This document shows positions 62,657-64,000 of a stretch of DNA of 64,000 nt, piece by piece. The translations under genes and the position numbers were made by a program. The notes beneath the pieces were generated by a model. The model ran no database searches, was not told the DNA's origin, and saw nothing but the letters and a program-made list of their open reading frames with translations. Within the stretch, counting starts at the first letter, position 1. The number at the start of each line of letters is the position of its first letter. The stretch comes from an uncultured Actinomycetes bacterium. GTDB taxonomy: Bacteria > Actinomycetota > Thermoleophilia > RBG-16-64-13. The stretch spans positions 1,376,001 through 1,440,000 of the forward strand of contig CAWJDT010000001.1 in NCBI GenBank assembly GCA_963841735.1. Direction: 5' to 3'.

Positions 62657-62695
62657 TACTCCCCGCGGAGTACGTGCCGGACTCCCCGCGGCGTA
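62657..62695 (+). promoter_or_regulatory. Tandem candidate response-regulator binding sites
   Basis: TACTCCCCGCGGAGTA (inverted repeat) and GACTCCCCGCGGCGTA, 23 bp apart, upstream of TATTAT-N6-ATG of the kinase. Confidence 0.5.
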
Positions 62696-62730
62696 TCGAC
62701 CCGAGCCCAGGCCGGGGCTATTATGACTCC

Positions 62731-63915
62731 ATGTTCACTCGCCTCAACCGATTCGCCAGGCAGCATCCGGATCTCATCGATGCCGCGCTCGCGCTTGTGC
62801 TGGCCTGCGTTCTCGGGCTCGGGGGCGCCGATCAACGAGGGGGCGAAGCAGTCCACCCCGTCTTGAAGGCCCTGGCTTTTGCGGCCACGGCTCTGCCACT
62901 TGCTGTCCGCCGAAGGAAGCCCTACGCGGCTTTGGTTGGCACGCTGGTTCTTCTTGGCGTGGCGTATGCCTTCATCCCGTCCGGAACGGCGAACGCCTAT
63001 CCTCCGGTTGTTCCGGTGCTTCCCGCGGTCATCGCGCTCTACACGGTCGGCACTCTGGCGAGTCGCCGCGCCATCATGGTGGTTGCCGGCGCGGCCCTGG
63101 TAGTTTCCATGACCCTTGCCCTGACCATCCTGAGGCCGGCGAATGTCACGGGGGAGATCGCTCATATCTTCGCCTGGGTGGTCGGCTCCCTTGCTGTGGG
63201 CTCTGCTGTTGCCAGCCGGCGGGCGTACGTCGACCAGTTCCGACAGCGGGCGCTTCAAGCCGAGAGGACCAAGGAAGAGGAGGCCCAGCGCCGGGTATAC
63301 GAGGAGCGCACTCGCATCGCTCGTGATGTCCACGACGGCGTGGCTCATGCGCTGGCTTCCATCTCCATCCAGGCAAGCGCCGGAAGTGCCGTCCTTGAAC
63401 GCGATCCCGAAGGAGCGCGCCAGGCTCTCCAGGCGATCCGGTTGGCAAGCGCTTCGGCTCTCTCTGACCTTCGCGCTACCCTGGGGTTGCTCAGGCACGA
63501 GGATGGTGCCGTCGCGGAGAGTGGATTTGATGACGAGTTGGCAGATCGACTGGCCGGCGTTCTGCGTGCCGAAGGCATCCGAGTCTCGGTGCGCCAGGGA
63601 GGACACCCTCGGCCGCTCGACGGCGAAGTGGGAATCGCGGTGAAGCGGATGCTACAGGAGGCGCTTACGAACGTCCTGCGCCATGCTGAGGCCCAGCAGG
63701 TAGAGATCGGGCTTGACTATGTGGGCGACGATTTCATCGTCATCGTGACCGACGACGGAAAGGGGCCGGCGACGAGGACGAAGGAGCCTCCGGGCTACGG
63801 CCTGCTGGGCATGCGCGAGCGGGCTGTCGCGCTCGGCGGTTCGCTGGAGTACGGCGCTCGCGAGGGCGGGGGCTTCTACGTACAGGCTGTTCTACCGTTG
63901 GGCGGGGGGCGTTGA
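62731..63915 (+). CDS. Membrane sensor histidine kinase (HisKA_3)
   Basis: Several TMs, ER.RIARDVHD.VAH, QEALTNV.RHA, DDG.G, G.GL.GMRER...GG. Confidence 0.92.
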   Translation: MFTRLNRFARQHPDLIDAALALVLACVLGLGGADQRGGEAVHPVLKALAFAATALPLAVRRRKPYAALVGTLVLLGVAYAFIPSGTANAYPPVVPVLPAVIALYTVGTLASRRAIMVVAGAALVVSMTLALTILRPANVTGEIAHIFAWVVGSLAVGSAVASRRAYVDQFRQRALQAERTKEEEAQRRVYEERTRIARDVHDGVAHALASISIQASAGSAVLERDPEGARQALQAIRLASASALSDLRATLGLLRHEDGAVAESGFDDELADRLAGVLRAEGIRVSVRQGGHPRPLDGEVGIAVKRMLQEALTNVLRHAEAQQVEIGLDYVGDDFIVIVTDDGKGPATRTKEPPGYGLLGMRERAVALGGSLEYGAREGGGFYVQAVLPLGGGR

Positions 63916-64000
63916 TGGCGATTCGCGTGCTTGTGGCCGACGATCAACCTCTCATCAGGGCGGGACTGCGTATGCTGCTGTCCACGGTCTCGGACGTGGA
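63915..64000 (+). CDS. NarL/LuxR-family response regulator (partial)
   Basis: MAIRVLVADDQPLIRAGLRMLL, TGATG-coupled to the kinase. Confidence 0.85.
   Translation, partial: MAIRVLVADDQPLIRAGLRMLLSTVSDV

Overview
High-GC chromosomal window, most likely from an anaerobic Actinomycetota (Thermoleophilia/OPB41-like). This taxonomy is inferred from leaderless TANNNT-N6/7-ATG starts, a DUF3068 protein, a HisKA_3/NarL pair and CWB2 surface proteins. Left end (1-4.4 kb): a SatD-DUF3307 pair and a collapsed type III restriction-modification locus (nonsense codon, in-frame deletions, mod-res fusion). 4.4-12 kb: a redox operon (Fe-S proteins, 3beta-HSD-like SDR, ZIP, Old Yellow Enzyme), an amidohydrolase and a Rieske protein. 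12-39 kb: envelope and secretome genes (two SpoIID/LytB-CWB2 proteins, three Kelch proteins, polysaccharide deacetylase, B12 radical SAM, ABC exporter, GT4, stand-alone murD), plus two paralogous ECF sigma/putative anti-sigma pairs. The two pairs share a GTAAC-N17-GWCGT upstream motif and a conserved membrane-proximal module but carry different extracellular domains, one FtsX-like. 41-57 kb: a C1 island with a selenocysteine formate dehydrogenase fused to a GltD-like NADPH module, a GntR regulator and corrinoid protein, and fhs-fchA-folD(zinc-ribbon insert)-metV-metF-lpdA followed by a corrinoid methyltransferase module rather than acs genes. Right end: duplicated PiT-DUF47, a nitrilase and a two-component system. 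Many genes from about 40 to 62 kb carry single-base frameshifts that look like long-read sequencing errors. No rRNA, tRNA, CRISPR array or transposase was recognised.
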